Origin: Mobula hypostoma
Taxonomy: Eukaryota
Direction of reading: 5' to 3'
Assembly: GCF_963921235.1 (NCBI RefSeq)
Contig: NC_086108.1
Coordinates: forward strand, 30,878,001 to 30,942,000
DNA length: 64,000 nt
Position 1 is the stretch's first letter, and each line of letters begins with the position of its first letter. Shown here one piece after another: positions 13,806-26,625 of the stretch. Position numbers and translations under genes: made by a program. The notes under the pieces are model-generated. The model did no database searches. It was not told the DNA's origin and saw nothing but the letters and a program-made list of their open reading frames with translations.

Positions 13806-13972
13806 AAGCACACACAAAATGCTGGAGGAACTCAGCAGGCCAGACAGCATCTATGGAAAAGAGTGCATTGACTGTACTCTTTTCCATAGATGCGGCCTGG
13901 CTGCTGAGTTCTGCCAGCATTCTCTGTGTGTTGCTTAGATTTCCAGCATCTGCAGATTTTCTCTTGTTTGTG
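13806..13972 (+). mobile_element. Fold-back mini Penelope-like insert
   Basis: Arms 13806-13867 and 13873-13936 are diverged reverse complements around a 5-nt centre ttgac. Flanked by a degenerate TSD tgtttgtaggaagc / tgtttgcagggaagc. Confidence 0.85.
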
Positions 13973-14149
13973 TTTGCAGGGAAGCTCTTTAGTGTTCATG
14001 AGGGGTTATTGCTTGAAGGGAACAGAAGACAGGAAATTAATTTGCATTTTACTCAGTAGATCTTGAATTTCACTGTGAGTGAGCAGTGTGGTCTCAATTC
14101 TGTGAACTATTTCCAAATGCTATTTTGCCTGTACAATCTTGTAACTTAT

Positions 14150-14945
14150 AACACACACCTGTTAGGGTGCATTTTCTAGATTCCTTTTTAAGTAACTGTA
14201 GCCTTCAGCCAGGAGCAGATGTCATCAGGTGGTTCCCAAGACAACCTTCACAGAGTGTTTCAACCCTTAACCACGACACTCTCCAGTTGGTGGGCCGGCA
14301 GTGGTGGCCAAATCACTGCCCATCTGCTCCTGGTTTCCAGCTTCCCTCCTCTCGCCTACCCCAAATCCAACAAGAGGCCCGTTCTGCCTCTTCCCCCATC
14401 TTACAAGCTGCTTGTTTTTTGCTCCTTTCATCCAGGCCCAGAGCTGACAACAACCGCCATGTTGATTTGGCTGGGAAACCTCTGCAGCCGATCTCCACAG
14501 GGAACAACCATGCCTGATATCCCTTGTCTTTACACTCCTGCACTAAGGGCTGGTACTTCAGGGCCTTGTGGGCCTCTTCTCATCCCTCATCCCATGATAC
14601 AGTCAGCTCAAACAGAATTACTTCTTCAGTTGATCACAGTACAATGTCCGGGAGTAGGTTTGTGTGCACCACATCCAGGAACTGCAGCCTCTTTCCCACA
14701 TCGACCCACATCGACCCTCATCTCCCAGGACCTGGCCGTTAGCAGCAGTTTGGGCATTGGTTGTCTGGTTATGAAAGGCCTGGCTCTGTCTTTGATGAAG
14801 GTGATGGCCTTCCTCAAATCTGTGCCAGCTGTCCTCTTGCATCTCTCCTGTTCTAGTGTGTCAGCAAGAGCCAGAAGCACCTTATCATGGCGCCACCTAT
14901 ACTGTCCTTGAGTTAGAGCTGTTTTACACCCAGATAGTATATCAG
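14150..14945 (-). mobile_element. Non-LTR retrotransposon C-terminus with restriction-like endonuclease (HERO/NeSL-type), decayed
   Basis: Minus translation ILSGCKTALTQGQYRWRHDKVL (end of CCHC finger), LLPDIVL*S..VILFELTVSW (PD..ExK-type nuclease), then KYQPLVQECKDKGYQAWLFPVEIGCRGF..EEAERASCWIW, with stops and frameshifts. Confidence 0.8.
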
Positions 14946-15334
14946 CCTGTGTCCCCTAATTAACTCAGATGTCATTCTTTACCTCCTCCCCCACTCTCCG
15001 CTTTCCGCAGGCACCATTTCGCCCTTCATTTAATGAAAGCCCTCGTCCTGAAACGTTGATTGTTTATTGATTTCTATTGATGCAGTCTGACCTGCTGAGT
15101 TCCCTCCACGATTTTGTGTGCGCTGCTCGGAAGGCATTGCCTAGTTTTAAGTACCTTTGTGCTGCAATGTAATGATGACACCAACTGCCTACTGAATGTT
15201 GAGCCCGTGACAGTGCAGGACTCAGCTCTTCATTGACAGGGTTCACTTTTCCTGTCTGAAATAGGCTGTTCTCCATTATAATCTGCTGTCCAGTTGCATA
15301 CGGAGTAATCAATAACACAAGGAAATTCAGTGGT

Positions 15335-15700
15335 CCCATTAGTAGAGACACCAGTGCCAGAGAGTTGGGTTCAATCCCGACCATAGGTATTGTATGAGTG
15401 GAAAATGCATACTTCCACTGTGACTACGTGGGTTTCCTCCGGATGCTCCAGTTTCCTTCCACGTCCCAAAGATGTACGCATTTATGGGTTAACTGGCCAC
15501 TGTAAATTGCTCCTATTGTGCAGATGACTGATGGGATCTGAGAGGAGTTCATGGGAATGCGGGGAGAATAAACACAGGATTAATGATGGATCAGTGTAAA
15601 TGTTTATTCTCCCCTCATTCCCATAAGCCCCTCTCAGATCCATCAGTCATCTGCATGAAGTCAGTGACCGGAGGGCCTGTATTCCTGCTGTGTATCTGCA
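15335..15700 (+). mobile_element. V-SINE/HE1-like SINE with internal inverted duplication
   Basis: gggttcaatccc B box, core gtgggtttcctccggatgctccagtttccttccacgtcccaaaga; arms 15519-15574 and 15601-15655. Confidence 0.75.
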
Positions 15701-15756
15701 TGTCTCTAGTCCAGAATGGTGAAACCAGCAAAAAGATGATAATAGGGAAAATGGAT

Positions 15757-17495
15757 CTCATAGAAACACACATGAAATGTTGGAGGAACTCAGCAGGTCA
15801 GGCAGCATCAATGGAAATAAATAAACAGCTGATGTTTTGGGCTGAGACCCTTCACCAGGGCTGGGAAGGAAAGGAGAAGATGTCTGAATAAAAAGGTTGG
15901 GGGAAGGGAAAATAGATGGCTAGAAGTTAATAGGTGAAGCCAGGTGGGTAGATGTAAAGGGCTAGAGAGGAAGGAATCTGATAAGAAGGAAGAGTGGACC
16001 ACAAGAGAAAGGAAGGAGGAGGGGACACGGGGAGGTGACAGGCAGGTGAGAAGAGGTAAGATACCAGAGTAGGGAATGGGAGAAGAGGGCAGGAGGAGAG
16101 AATTTTTTTTTACCATAAGGAGAAATCGATGTTCATGCCATCAGGTTGGAAATTACCAGGACAGGATATAAGCCGTTGCTCTTTTACCCTTCAGGTGTCA
16201 TCTCACTAGAATCACTTATCCTCCAGAGCAATAAATTTCCCCTTTAGCAACACCCCCCCCCAACAAGAATGTAGAACATGCTGATGAAGATTTTACACTG
16301 AAACAACAGTGTGTGTAGAAACTGGTGAAAGGAACATTTTTACTTACACACATCTAGCACATTATACTCCACAACTTCCACCATAAGGAGCAACACCTTA
16401 TATTCTGTCTGAGTACCTCCAACCTGATGGCATGAACATTGATTTCTTCCGGTAAAAAAAAAATTCCCTCCTCCTCCCCCCATTCTTCTATTTCCCCACT
16501 GTGGCCCTTTACCTTTTCTCACCTGCCTATCACCTCCAGCTGGGTCCCCTCCTCCTTCCCTTTCTCCTATGATCCACTTTACTCTCCTATCAGATTTCTT
16601 TTAAAGGGAACCTAGCACTAAACATATCTTTACATATCATTACCCTCCCCCGCTTTCCAAAAGGATCACTTCCTCCGTGATTCCTTTGTCCATTCATCCC
16701 TCTTCACTAATCTCCCTCCCAGCACTTATCCCTGCAAGCGGCTGAGTGCTACACTTGCCCATTCACCTCCTCCCTCATCTCCATTCAGGGCAGCAAATCG
16801 TCCTTCCAAGTGAAGCAATATTTCACCTGTGTATCTGCTAGGGTCCTCTATTGCGTCTGGTGCTTCCAATGTAGCCTCCTGTACATTGGTGAGAACCGTC
16901 ATAAATTGGGGGTCTGTTCCATCATGCCCCTCCACTCCATCTGCCACAAGCAGGACTTCCCGATGATCGAACATTTTAATTCCGATTCCCATTCCTGTGC
17001 AGACGTGTCAATCCATGGCCTCCTTTTGAGTTCAGCTGAGGCCACCCTTAGGGTGGAGGAACAATATCTTATATTCTGTCTGGGTACCCTCCAACCTGAT
17101 GGTATGAATATTAATTTTTCTTTCTGGTGAACAAAATCACCCCCTTCATCCATCCTTCACTCTGATCTTTCACTTCCTCTCACCTGTCTATTACTTGACC
17201 CTGTGTCTCCTTTGGTCCACTCTCCTCTCCTATGAGATTCCTTCTTCTCCAGCCCCTGAACTTTCTCATCCACATAGCTTCACCTATCACCTTCCAGCTA
17301 GCCTCTTTCGCCTCCCTGCGCCTTTTCATTCTGGCACCTTCCCCTTCCTTCTCAGTCCTGAAGAAGGGTCTTGGTCCAAAACATTAACTGTTTACTCTTC
17401 TCCACAGATGCTGCCTAACCCGCAGTGTTGCTCCAGCATTTTGAGTGTGTTGCTTTGGATTTCCAGCATCTGCAGACTTCCTCCTGTTTGTGTTT
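15757..17495. mobile_element. Penelope-like element composite: inverted pLTR, partial tandem pLTR, GIY-YIG endonuclease fragment, pLTR
   Basis: ORF 16810-17130 FTCVSARVLYCVWCFQCSLLYIGE..LG..HFN..EEQYLIFCLGTLQPDGMN is a Penelope-type GIY-YIG domain. 15757-16200 is an inverted copy of the 3' part, and 16370-16600 repeats 17050-17240. Confidence 0.85.
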
Positions 17496-17994
17496 AACAT
17501 TTATACTTGAGTAATGAGAGAAAAAGGTATTGAGCAACATGTCTGGTTGACTTCAGATAATCTTACATGTGGGAGATGCAAGAGAAAGGCAGTGAGTGAA
17601 TTGTCCAAACAAAAACATGTTTACACTGAAAACCATGGGATTTTGCCAAACACACAACAACAAATTGCTGTGGGTCTCCAATGTTCTTGCATGGGCAAAT
17701 TCCCAGTGGTAGTGTTCTCAGGTCTGGGTGGAAGTTATTGCAGACAAAATTTAAAATGCGGGAGGATCAATGTGTGAGGAAGACATGTATAGGCATTGAA
17801 GTTTCAGCAAGAAGGTTATGATAACAAATACACTAAACTGCCAGCGGAAGACACTTATTTAAATAAGGAGTTACAAACACTTGGAGGAGTGAGTGATTAA
17901 TGGGAAGGGTTAATGGGAGGTTAAAAAGAAGAGTATGTGTGTGAGAGAGGAAAAAAAAACAGGCTCAATCAGAATGACAAAGAAAGGGACAGAC

Positions 17995-18505
17995 CTGGTT
18001 ACCTGAAATTGAAGAATTCAATGCTCCTGTCATCAGGTTGTAGACTAGCCAGGCAGAATCTCAGGTGCTTTACCTCTTAGTTTGTGTTTGGTCTCACCCT
18101 GGCAGAGCAGGAGGTCAATGACAGACAGGTTGGTGTGGGAATTGGAGTTAAAGGAGACTGCCGCTTGGAACTCGAGATGGCCATGATGCTTGGCGAAGTG
18201 GGCACCTAGTCTACACCTGGTCTCACCAATATAGAGGAAGCCACTTTGAGAGCACCAGATGTAATAGAGAAGGGTGGAGGAGGTGCATGTGAATCTTTGC
18301 ATTGCTTGGAAGGCTTGTATAGGTCTCTGGATGATGGTGAGGGAGGAAGTGCTGTATCTCCTTCGGTTGCAGGGAAAAGTGTCAGTGGAGAGGTGGTGAG
18401 GGACGAATGAGTGAACAAGTCACAGAATGAATGGTCCCAGTGGAAAGCAGGCAGGGTTGGGGGAGGGGAAGGTGTGACCGGTGGTTGGAATACACTGTAG
18501 TTGTG
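17995..18505 (-). mobile_element. Penelope-like GIY-YIG fragment
   Basis: ORF 18045-18302 RFTCTSSTLLYYIWCSQSGFLYIGETRCRLGAHFAKH. Confidence 0.8.
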
Positions 18506-18953
18506 AGAAAGATTACCTGGTCAATAAGTGAATCAGTGCACTTAGAAAGTGGGAACATAAAAGAGTGTAAGCCTAGTGAAATATAGGGCAGGAAGGCATG
18601 CCCAGCAGGTCAGCCTGGAAATGTCCCCCATTGTCAGGGAAAAGAACAGGGAGGGAAAAAAGAGAAAAAAATAGATGACACTGGAGCCCCTGTTGTTTGT
18701 GATATAATGTATATCAAAGATTTGGATGAAAATATACATGGGTAGATTAACAAAACTAGTGGAGCTGTGGATAGTGTAAAAGGCAATGAAAAGATACAGT
18801 GAGCTATAGATTCACTATGGATATGGATATGGATAGAGAAGTGATAGATGAAGTTTACTCCAGATAAGTGTGAGCTTTGCATTTTGGGACATGGATATCT
18901 GTGTTCTATCCATCATGTCCATGGCCTCCTCCACTGCCGGGCTAAAGCCAAAC

Positions 18954-19930
18954 CTGGGCCTCAGTACCTTCCTCTGCAACTGGATCCTTGACTTCCTCAT
19001 CAGAAGACCACAGTCAGTGCAGATCAGAAATGACAGCTTCTCCTCACTGACAAACAATACCAGCACATCTCAAGGGTGCATGCTTAGCCCACTGCTCTAC
19101 TCTCTATACACCCATGATTGTGTGGCTAGGCACAGCTCAAATGCCATTTATAAATTTGTCAATGTCACATCTATTGTTGACAAAATTTCAGGTGGTGACG
19201 AGGAGGCATACAGGATTGAGGTAGATTAACCGATTGAATGGTGTCACAACAACAACTTCGCACTCAACACCAGTAAGACCAAGGAATTGATTGTGGAGTT
19301 CAGGAAGGGGAAGTCGAGGGAACAATCCTCATTGAGGGATCAGAAGTGGACAGAGTGAGTAACTTCGAGTTCCCGGGTGTCAACATCTCTGAGGATCTAT
19401 CCTGGGCCCAACATATTGAGGTAATTGCATGGGAGCGGCTACACTTCATTAGGAGTTTGAAGAGAATTGGAATCTCACTAAAGACACTCACAAACTCCTA
19501 CCGATGTACCGTGGAGAGTATTCTCACTGGTTGCATCACCGTCCGGTATGGAGAAGCCACTACACAAGAGCGGAAAAAGCTGCAGAAGGTTGCAAGCTCA
19601 ACCAGCTCCATCATGGGCACTAGCCTCCCCAGCATCGAGGACACCTTCAAAAAGCATCATCTGTCATTAAGGACCCCTTCACCCAAGACATGAACCTCTT
19701 CATCAGGGAGGTGGTACACTCAACATTTTAGGAACCTCCACCATCAGCTGTCCAAATGGACAATGAACCAACCCATGAACACTAACTCACTACTTTTTTC
19801 TCTCACTTTTTGCACTACTCGTTTAATGATAAATATATATTTCTAATTGTAATTTATAGTTATCTTATGTATCGCTGCCACAAAGTAACGCATTTCACAA
19901 CATGTGCTGTGGCTATATAAAACATAAGTC
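18954..19930 (+). mobile_element. Rex1/Babar LINE RT and 3' end (decayed)
   Basis: [63 protein letters not shown]. Confidence 0.85.
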
Positions 19931-19934
19931 AGAC

Positions 19935-20420
19935 CACAGTATTATGTGCAGTTCTAGTCATCTCTTTATAGGAAGGATATGGAAAAAGGTGCTAAAGAAG
20001 CTTATCAGGATGTTGCCTGGATTAGAAGTTATGAGCTATAAGGAAAGGTTTGGGTTGTTCTCCTTAGAGCATCAGAAGCCAAGGGAAGACCATACAGAGG
20101 TTTTTAAAATTATGGGAGGAATAGGTAGGATGGACTGTCAGAATATTTTCCCTAGTGTAGTAATTTTAAACAACAAAGGACAAGCTTCTAAGGTTATGCG
20201 GAGAGTATAAGGCTAACATGAGGGACGCAGAGAGTGTTCGGTACCTGAAAAGGGTTACTGTGAGTAGTAGTGGAAGCAGGCAGTTTGTTGGAGTATACGA
20301 GGCTTTTAGATAGACACATGAATATGAAGGGGAAGGAGAGGCGTGGGTGATATGCAAGAAGAGGACACAGTGTGAATTGTTGATTGGCCTGTCAAGTGGT
20401 GTACTGTTCTATGTTCTATA
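19935..20420 (+). mobile_element. CR1 LINE 3' fragment
   Basis: RMLPGLEVMSYKERFGLFSLE..EVFKIMGGIGR. Confidence 0.8.
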
Positions 20421-20449
20421 AATACAGGGGGAATCAACGAAAAACAAAG

Positions 20450-21915
20450 AACATGAAACATAAAACAGCATGGCACAGTACAGGCCCTTCAGCCCAAGAT
20501 GTTGTGCTGATATTTTAATCTAGTCTAAGATCAGGGTACTCCTTCCTTCCCTGATATCCTTCCATTTTACTTTCATCCATGTGCCTATCTATAAGTCTCT
20601 TGAATGTCCCTAATGTATCTACCTCTTCCACCAAGCCTGGCAGAGTATTCCACACATCTACCATTCTCTGTGCAATCTTGTTAATTCAAAGGGATACCTC
20701 TGACATCCCCTCTATGCTTTCCTTCAATCACAAAATTATGACCCCTTGCATTACCCAATTCAACCCTGAAAAAAGTCCCTTGCTGTTCATTCTGTGCCTT
20801 CATCATCTTGTATCCCTCTATAAAGTCACCTCTCATCCTCCTCTGTTCCAGAGAGAAAAGCACTAACTTTCTCATCCTATGCTCATAAGACATGCTCTCT
20901 AATTGAGGCAGCATCCTCATAAATGTCCTCTGTACCCTCTATAAAGCTTCCACATTCTTCATATAATGAGGTGACCAGCGTGGAATATAATATTCCAAGT
21001 ATGGTCTGACCAGAATTTTATGGAGCTGCAACATTACCTCATGGCTCTTGAACCTAGTCCTCTGACAAATGAAGGCCAACACTCCATACACCTACTGAGC
21101 TACCCTATCAACTTAAACAGCAACTTTGAAGAATCTAAGGATGTGGAGCCTAAGATCCCTCTATTACTCCATATTGCGAAGCATCATATATTAACCATGT
21201 ACTCTACCTTCATGTTCAACCTTTCAAAGCATATCACTACAATTGTTTCTATGCTGAGCACCATCTGCCACTTCTCAGCCCAGCTCAGTATCCCATCAAT
21301 GTCTTGTTGTAACCTACAACAATCTTCTACACAATCAACACCACCAACAACCTTCATGTCATGTGCAAACTTATTAAACCACCCATCCTCTTCCTTATCT
21401 AAGTACTTTATAAAAATCATCAAGAGCAAGGGTCCAGAACAGAGACGTGTGGAACATTATTGGTCACCGACCTCCACGCAGAATGCAGTCCATTTACTAC
21501 TATCTCTGCCTTCTGTGGGCAAGCGTGTTCGGAATTCATGCATCCAAGTTTCCCTGGATCCCATGCCTCTGCCTTCCTGAATGAGGCAATGGTGGGTAAC
21601 CTTGTTAAAATTCATGTACTCGACATCCACTGCTCTACTTTCATCAATTTGTTTTGTCACTTCCTTAAAGAATTCAATTAGCTTCATGAGGCACAGCCTG
21701 GCTCCTCACAAAGCCACACTGACTCTCCCTGATCAGATTATGCTTCTCCAAATGCTTGTATATCCTACCTCTAAGAATCTTCTCCAATAGTCTGCTCACT
21801 ACGGATGTAAAATTCACTGGTCTATAATTCCTAGGGTAAACCCTATTACCTTTCTTATGACATTTACCACCCTCCTGTCTTCTGGTACTAATCCTGTGGC
21901 CAATGAGGATACAAG
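20450..21915 (-). mobile_element. CR1 LINE RT and 3' end (decayed)
   Basis: LIEFFKEVTKQIDESRAVDVEYMNFNK; KFAHDMKVVGGVDCVEDCCRLQQDID; RMLPQLESMSYEHRMRKLVLFSLEQRRMRGD. Confidence 0.85.
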
Positions 21916-23741
21916 GCTTGAAGGGAATTGTGTGGGTGGTGGCAATCTCATGTACCTGCTATCCGTGTCCTTCTTGGTGATAGAGGTTGTGAGTTTGTGA
22001 GGGATCCCATCTGAGTAACCTGGGTACACATCTACAATGATAACACTACATTGAGTCATGGAGTAATTTTAATAATAGATAACCTCAGATTCTTAAATCC
22101 ATGGAAAGACCTTGGCAAATTTGCATGCAGATACATTCACAAAAATGAATTTACATTCATGCACTGACACAGATAATGACTAACTTACAGAAAAACATGC
22201 ATTAAAGCCCATATTATTTTAGCACACAGTTCAAGCATTTTGTTCTACTGTTAACTGGAAATAAAATTCCAGCTGCAATACTTGTATGCACTTAGCATGA
22301 CACATCCATGAAAACCACTTAATTTAAAGATTGGCCTTCTGTTGTGACAAGATGATTAAGAATGCGACGCTGTAAAGTGAAAATATGTTGGTGAATTTCC
22401 TCAAGGCTCAAACAACATTCTTGAAACATACAGTATCTATAGTAAAGTGCATCTCACTGCAGATCACACTCATTTTAGTGTTCCTGTGGTTTATCAGTAC
22501 TTTTAAAATCACTTAGCAACAAGGGTCATCTTTATCACTTGCAAATAGTTGGTGTTATGATCATAACAGGAATACTTGTTTAACTAATTAAAAGATGTTT
22601 CTTGTTTTTAAAAAGAATGCATCCTGCAGAGTATACATTCTCCTGCAATAGTCACATTGATGAATTCCTTTACTAACAGTGAAAAGAATATATTTTACCT
22701 GTCAGTGGAAGATCAGGAATATCCAGTAGAGAAAAGGCCCAATGTAAACTGATTAACTTTATCCCCGATATCACAGCTGAAAAGAAAATCTAGGAGTCAG
22801 TGGCTGGGAAGAGTAACAATGAAGTTCTTTCTCTCTGCAATGTTAGCAAAATAGAGAGATGTAGTGAGCCAACAGGATGTATTTCTAAGTGTTCATAGGA
22901 AATTATGGTTTAAGTGGTCAGAGTTATTGTGAAAACATGTGCAATATTTTCTGTCATCTTTCAGAATAGAAGCCAAGCTCTTCCTTTACTGATCTTTCTG
23001 CTCCATGTATTCATACTTTTCTCTGGGAGACTGAATTTCAAAATGAACACCTTTGATCTCGACCTATCTTGCATGCACAGAGCTTTGCTTGTGCTTGTCC
23101 TGAATACGTATTACCAGACAAATAAATGACAGAACCAAAATCTAAGTTAATTTTTAAAATATTAAACTTGCCTAGCAGCAGCAGAAATGCCTTCTCATTG
23201 ACTACAGAGTGGAAAACTAAATTCTGTGGGTTCTGATTTTGCTAAGTAAAATTGCATGGTTGTAAGTAAGGACTAGCAGGATTTGCAGGATGGTAGTCTT
23301 CAGAGTAATCTGATAAAAAAAAGTGTGACTGGCACCCTTTACTATATCACAAAGTATTAGTAATCTGTTTTTTACTAAGGCTAAATTCCTTTGAGAGGTA
23401 ATGATAAACCTCCTAGAACTCTACTGGTCAACCCTTGACGATGCTTCCACATTGCTGTTAACATGGAATTCCAGGATTTAGATTCAGTGATGATGAGGGA
23501 TCAACGGAATGCTTTCCTGTCAGGTCAGCGGGTGAATTCTGAATATTGTGTGTCCCCCACCATCCTGTTAATAATCCTGTTCAAAAATTGTTGATCTTTA
23601 AGAGTTTCTGTTTTGGGTATGGAAGATTAATTTTATCTAGGTTGTAATGTTCTAGGGATATAAGGATAGAATGGAATGAGAAATATAAAAATTTACACGG
23701 ACCAGATAACCTAAATGACTTGATAACTTTGTGTTCTAAGT

Positions 23742-24030
23742 AGCTGCAAGGTGGCACAGTGCCACAGTTGGTAAAGCCACTGCCTTGCAGAATCAGAGAC
23801 CCCAGGTTCAATCCTTACCTCTGGTTATGTCTGTGTGTATCTTTCGTATTCTGCCTGTGACTGCAAGGGTTTCCATAATGTGTTCCATTCTCCTAACTCC
23901 CTGCCAAAGACGTGGCTGTTGGCAGATGATTTGACCATTGCAAATGGCCCTGGGAGTGGAGGTAGGTGGCAGAATCTCAGCAGTGTTTGTAAGAATGTAG
24001 GGAGATGGTTGTTATGGACTTGGGGGGCTG
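23742..24030 (+). mobile_element. V-SINE/HE1-like SINE (old)
   Basis: gtggcacagtgccacagttggtaaagccactgcc..gagaccccaggttcaatcct. Confidence 0.6.
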
Positions 24031-25811
24031 ATGGTTGTTATGGACATATGACTTTATGCAGATTCTCTGCAAAGATACATCTATGGCATTTCCAATCCAT
24101 TAGTGGACTTATGGACCACGTCAAAAGTGGTGAAAAAAGATCTGGCACTGTTCTACAGAGTTTACAGAGAGAGCTCTCTCCTGAATGGTGGACATTGCAA
24201 GTTGGAGTCCACTGTACAATCCAGGCCCAGTTGCCTGCTGTTTGCAGCATATCATTCTGGTTGTCAAACCCTGCCTGACACCTCAATGCAGCAGAAAGTG
24301 AAGGCTTGATTTGACTAGGAATGCATCTGTATGCGGAAATCAATCTAGGTCAGATATTAAGTCAAAAGTGCTGAAGAATTGTCAAATAGCACACATGCAC
24401 ATTAGTTCTATTATTTAGATGACACAGATAAACATTACATGCATTGTCTTTTCCTGTCTATCTAAACACCCACCATGGGTCTGGACAGATCAAAGTGATA
24501 AGGACAGCAGCATTTTTGTAGAACGTCATGTGATTTACAGAAATGGTATCTGCATATCTGACGTGGCCACTGTGCTTTTAAAAAGAATTAAATCCGATCA
24601 TCTTGTGAAAACCTCTCGCATTAAAGAGTTGTTACAGGAAGTTAGAAAGTATTTTTCCCCATCGGGCACTCTGACCACCGTCTAATGTGTTTTTGTTTCT
24701 CTCAAGATGATTTTTAAGGGCAGAAATTATTGATACAAGGTGGCATATAAAGTGCAGAAGTAACTCTGCCTGGAACAAAGGGAAATTGTTGAACCTTGTT
24801 TTATAATTGGTAACAGTTATTCTGACATTTCCCATCATATTAGTGGCAGAAGCTCGATTCCCTTAATTCTTATTCAAGCAGGCGTCACAAACTGAGGATG
24901 CCAGTTTAGAGAATCAAGATGTGCAGAAAGAAACTATTTTGGGAGATTAGTGTTGGCTGATGATGCAAGAGTGACTATTCAGTATAAACATGTGAAAACC
25001 GTTTTATAAATGTAATCCTCCTTTGTCTAAGTCTTCGAACAATCTGCTAATTGTATCAGTTGCACAATGTAACCTTTTGTTCAAAGCCCTTGCACTCAGA
25101 TTGATGCCAACAAATGCGGTAAATTTGCCCCTTTCTTCCACATCCTTCACTTCCTTTCTCCCACTGTGCAACATCGCCGAATGTTGCAGCTGCCTTTTGC
25201 ATTCTTGGGTCAACCTGAACATTATTTGTGTTCATCATTGAAGGAAACCCACATCTTGTGCAAGCTTACTAGTAAAAATGGATTACAGGGTTACCCTAGG
25301 CGATGGGCATACATGAAGTACCATTATGGTTCAATAACATAATAGATCATTGCTGCCAGAGCCTTCGATCTTGGGCCAGGTTTAATCTACATGGCTTGTG
25401 GATTGGACTCTGCAGTTCATGTTATATGTGTTTCTGGTTTCTGATTACTCTTTTTCTTACTGCTATTTTGTGCAATTTCAATGAGGACGGCTGGTTCTGC
25501 AGTCTGCAGTGACACAGTGCTAAATTGAACTAAACTGAATATTTCTAGACTGTTTCAAGGACTCTATGCTTTGATGTTTTAATTTCAGTTTTTTTTTGCT
25601 GTTTGCATGATTTGTACTTTTTTTATGCACGTTGGGTGTTTGATGTTTTCTTTGAACAGCCTCCATGGTGTTGCTTTGTTCTGTGCCTGTCTGTGGAAGG
25701 ATATGGTTGTATACACTAATAAATGTGCTTTGAATCTTTGAATCATAAAACTGGACTGATAACCCAGATATGACAAATTGAAGTACCACCATAGCAATTC
25801 GAATACATTGC

Positions 25812-26625
25812 TGGAGGGTGGAATTTAGTTATACTGGCGCTAAACGGCGACTCCTTTGCTTGCATCTTCGGAAACAGCTTTGCTTCTATCTTTAATATTC
25901 TTTTTTTCTCCCCTTTCAAGGTTCTTTTGAAGCTCCTGACCGGGAGTTACATTTCTGACTTTGGTTCTTTGCCGGAATGGAACCCACTCTCAGAGATTCA
26001 TAACCGGTCGTGTTTTGATATGCCAAGGGCACGGCCTGGAAGACTAGCATGCCTTCAGTGTGTCAGGTTTTCAAGGCTCTGGAGGCGGGCTGATTCAAGG
26101 CTGGTGCTGCTGACAGAGGCGACGCGGAAGACTGGAAGCAGCGGTCTGGCTGCTGGCTACATGTCCAGACACCCGAGTTCTTTGGGCACAGAGCTTGGAA
26201 AGAGCGATGCAACAGACTTTATAAATCAGTGAGTTGTTTTGTTATGTCTCCTCTCTCACTGTGAAATGGGGACATCTATTTTTACCTTATTAGAGAGAGC
26301 GAGAGCCTATGGTATGTCGAATACCAGGTGAACAAGTAGTCTTTGGGGTATGCAAGTCTGTGTCTTTATTGATGCTTTGCTGTATGCTTGACTGCTTGGT
26401 GGGGGGACGCCGATGCTTTTTTTGCTGGTGGGGGAGGGGGTCATTGCCTTGTTGCTGCTTATGCATGGGAGGGTGAGCTGGGGGGGGGCTTTGGGGTTCT
26501 AACATTTAACTGTCAATCATTCTTTGGGGCACTCTGTTTTCGTGGATGTTTGCAAAGAAAAAGAATTTCAGGATGTATACTGTAAACATTTCTCTGACAT
26601 TAAATTTACCTATTGAACTCAATTT
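25812..26625 (+). mobile_element. Non-autonomous retroposon (family not identified); second partial copy at 39675-39930 (-)
   Basis: The 3' part (..gctttggggttctaacatttaactgtc..gaatttcaggatgtatactgta..ctctgacattaaat) matches the reverse complement of 39675-39930. No coding capacity seen. Confidence 0.65.

Noticed and set aside
14219..14911. 230-aa plus-strand ORF as a host gene
   Set aside because: It is the antisense of the RLE retrotransposon fragment.
21020..21580. 186-aa plus-strand ORF
   Set aside because: Antisense of a CR1 RT fragment.
24075..24309. YIYGISNPLVDL resembling a PfkB/adenosine kinase N-terminal motif
   Set aside because: Similarity is limited to a few residues, the downstream sequence does not fit, and there are no supporting exons.
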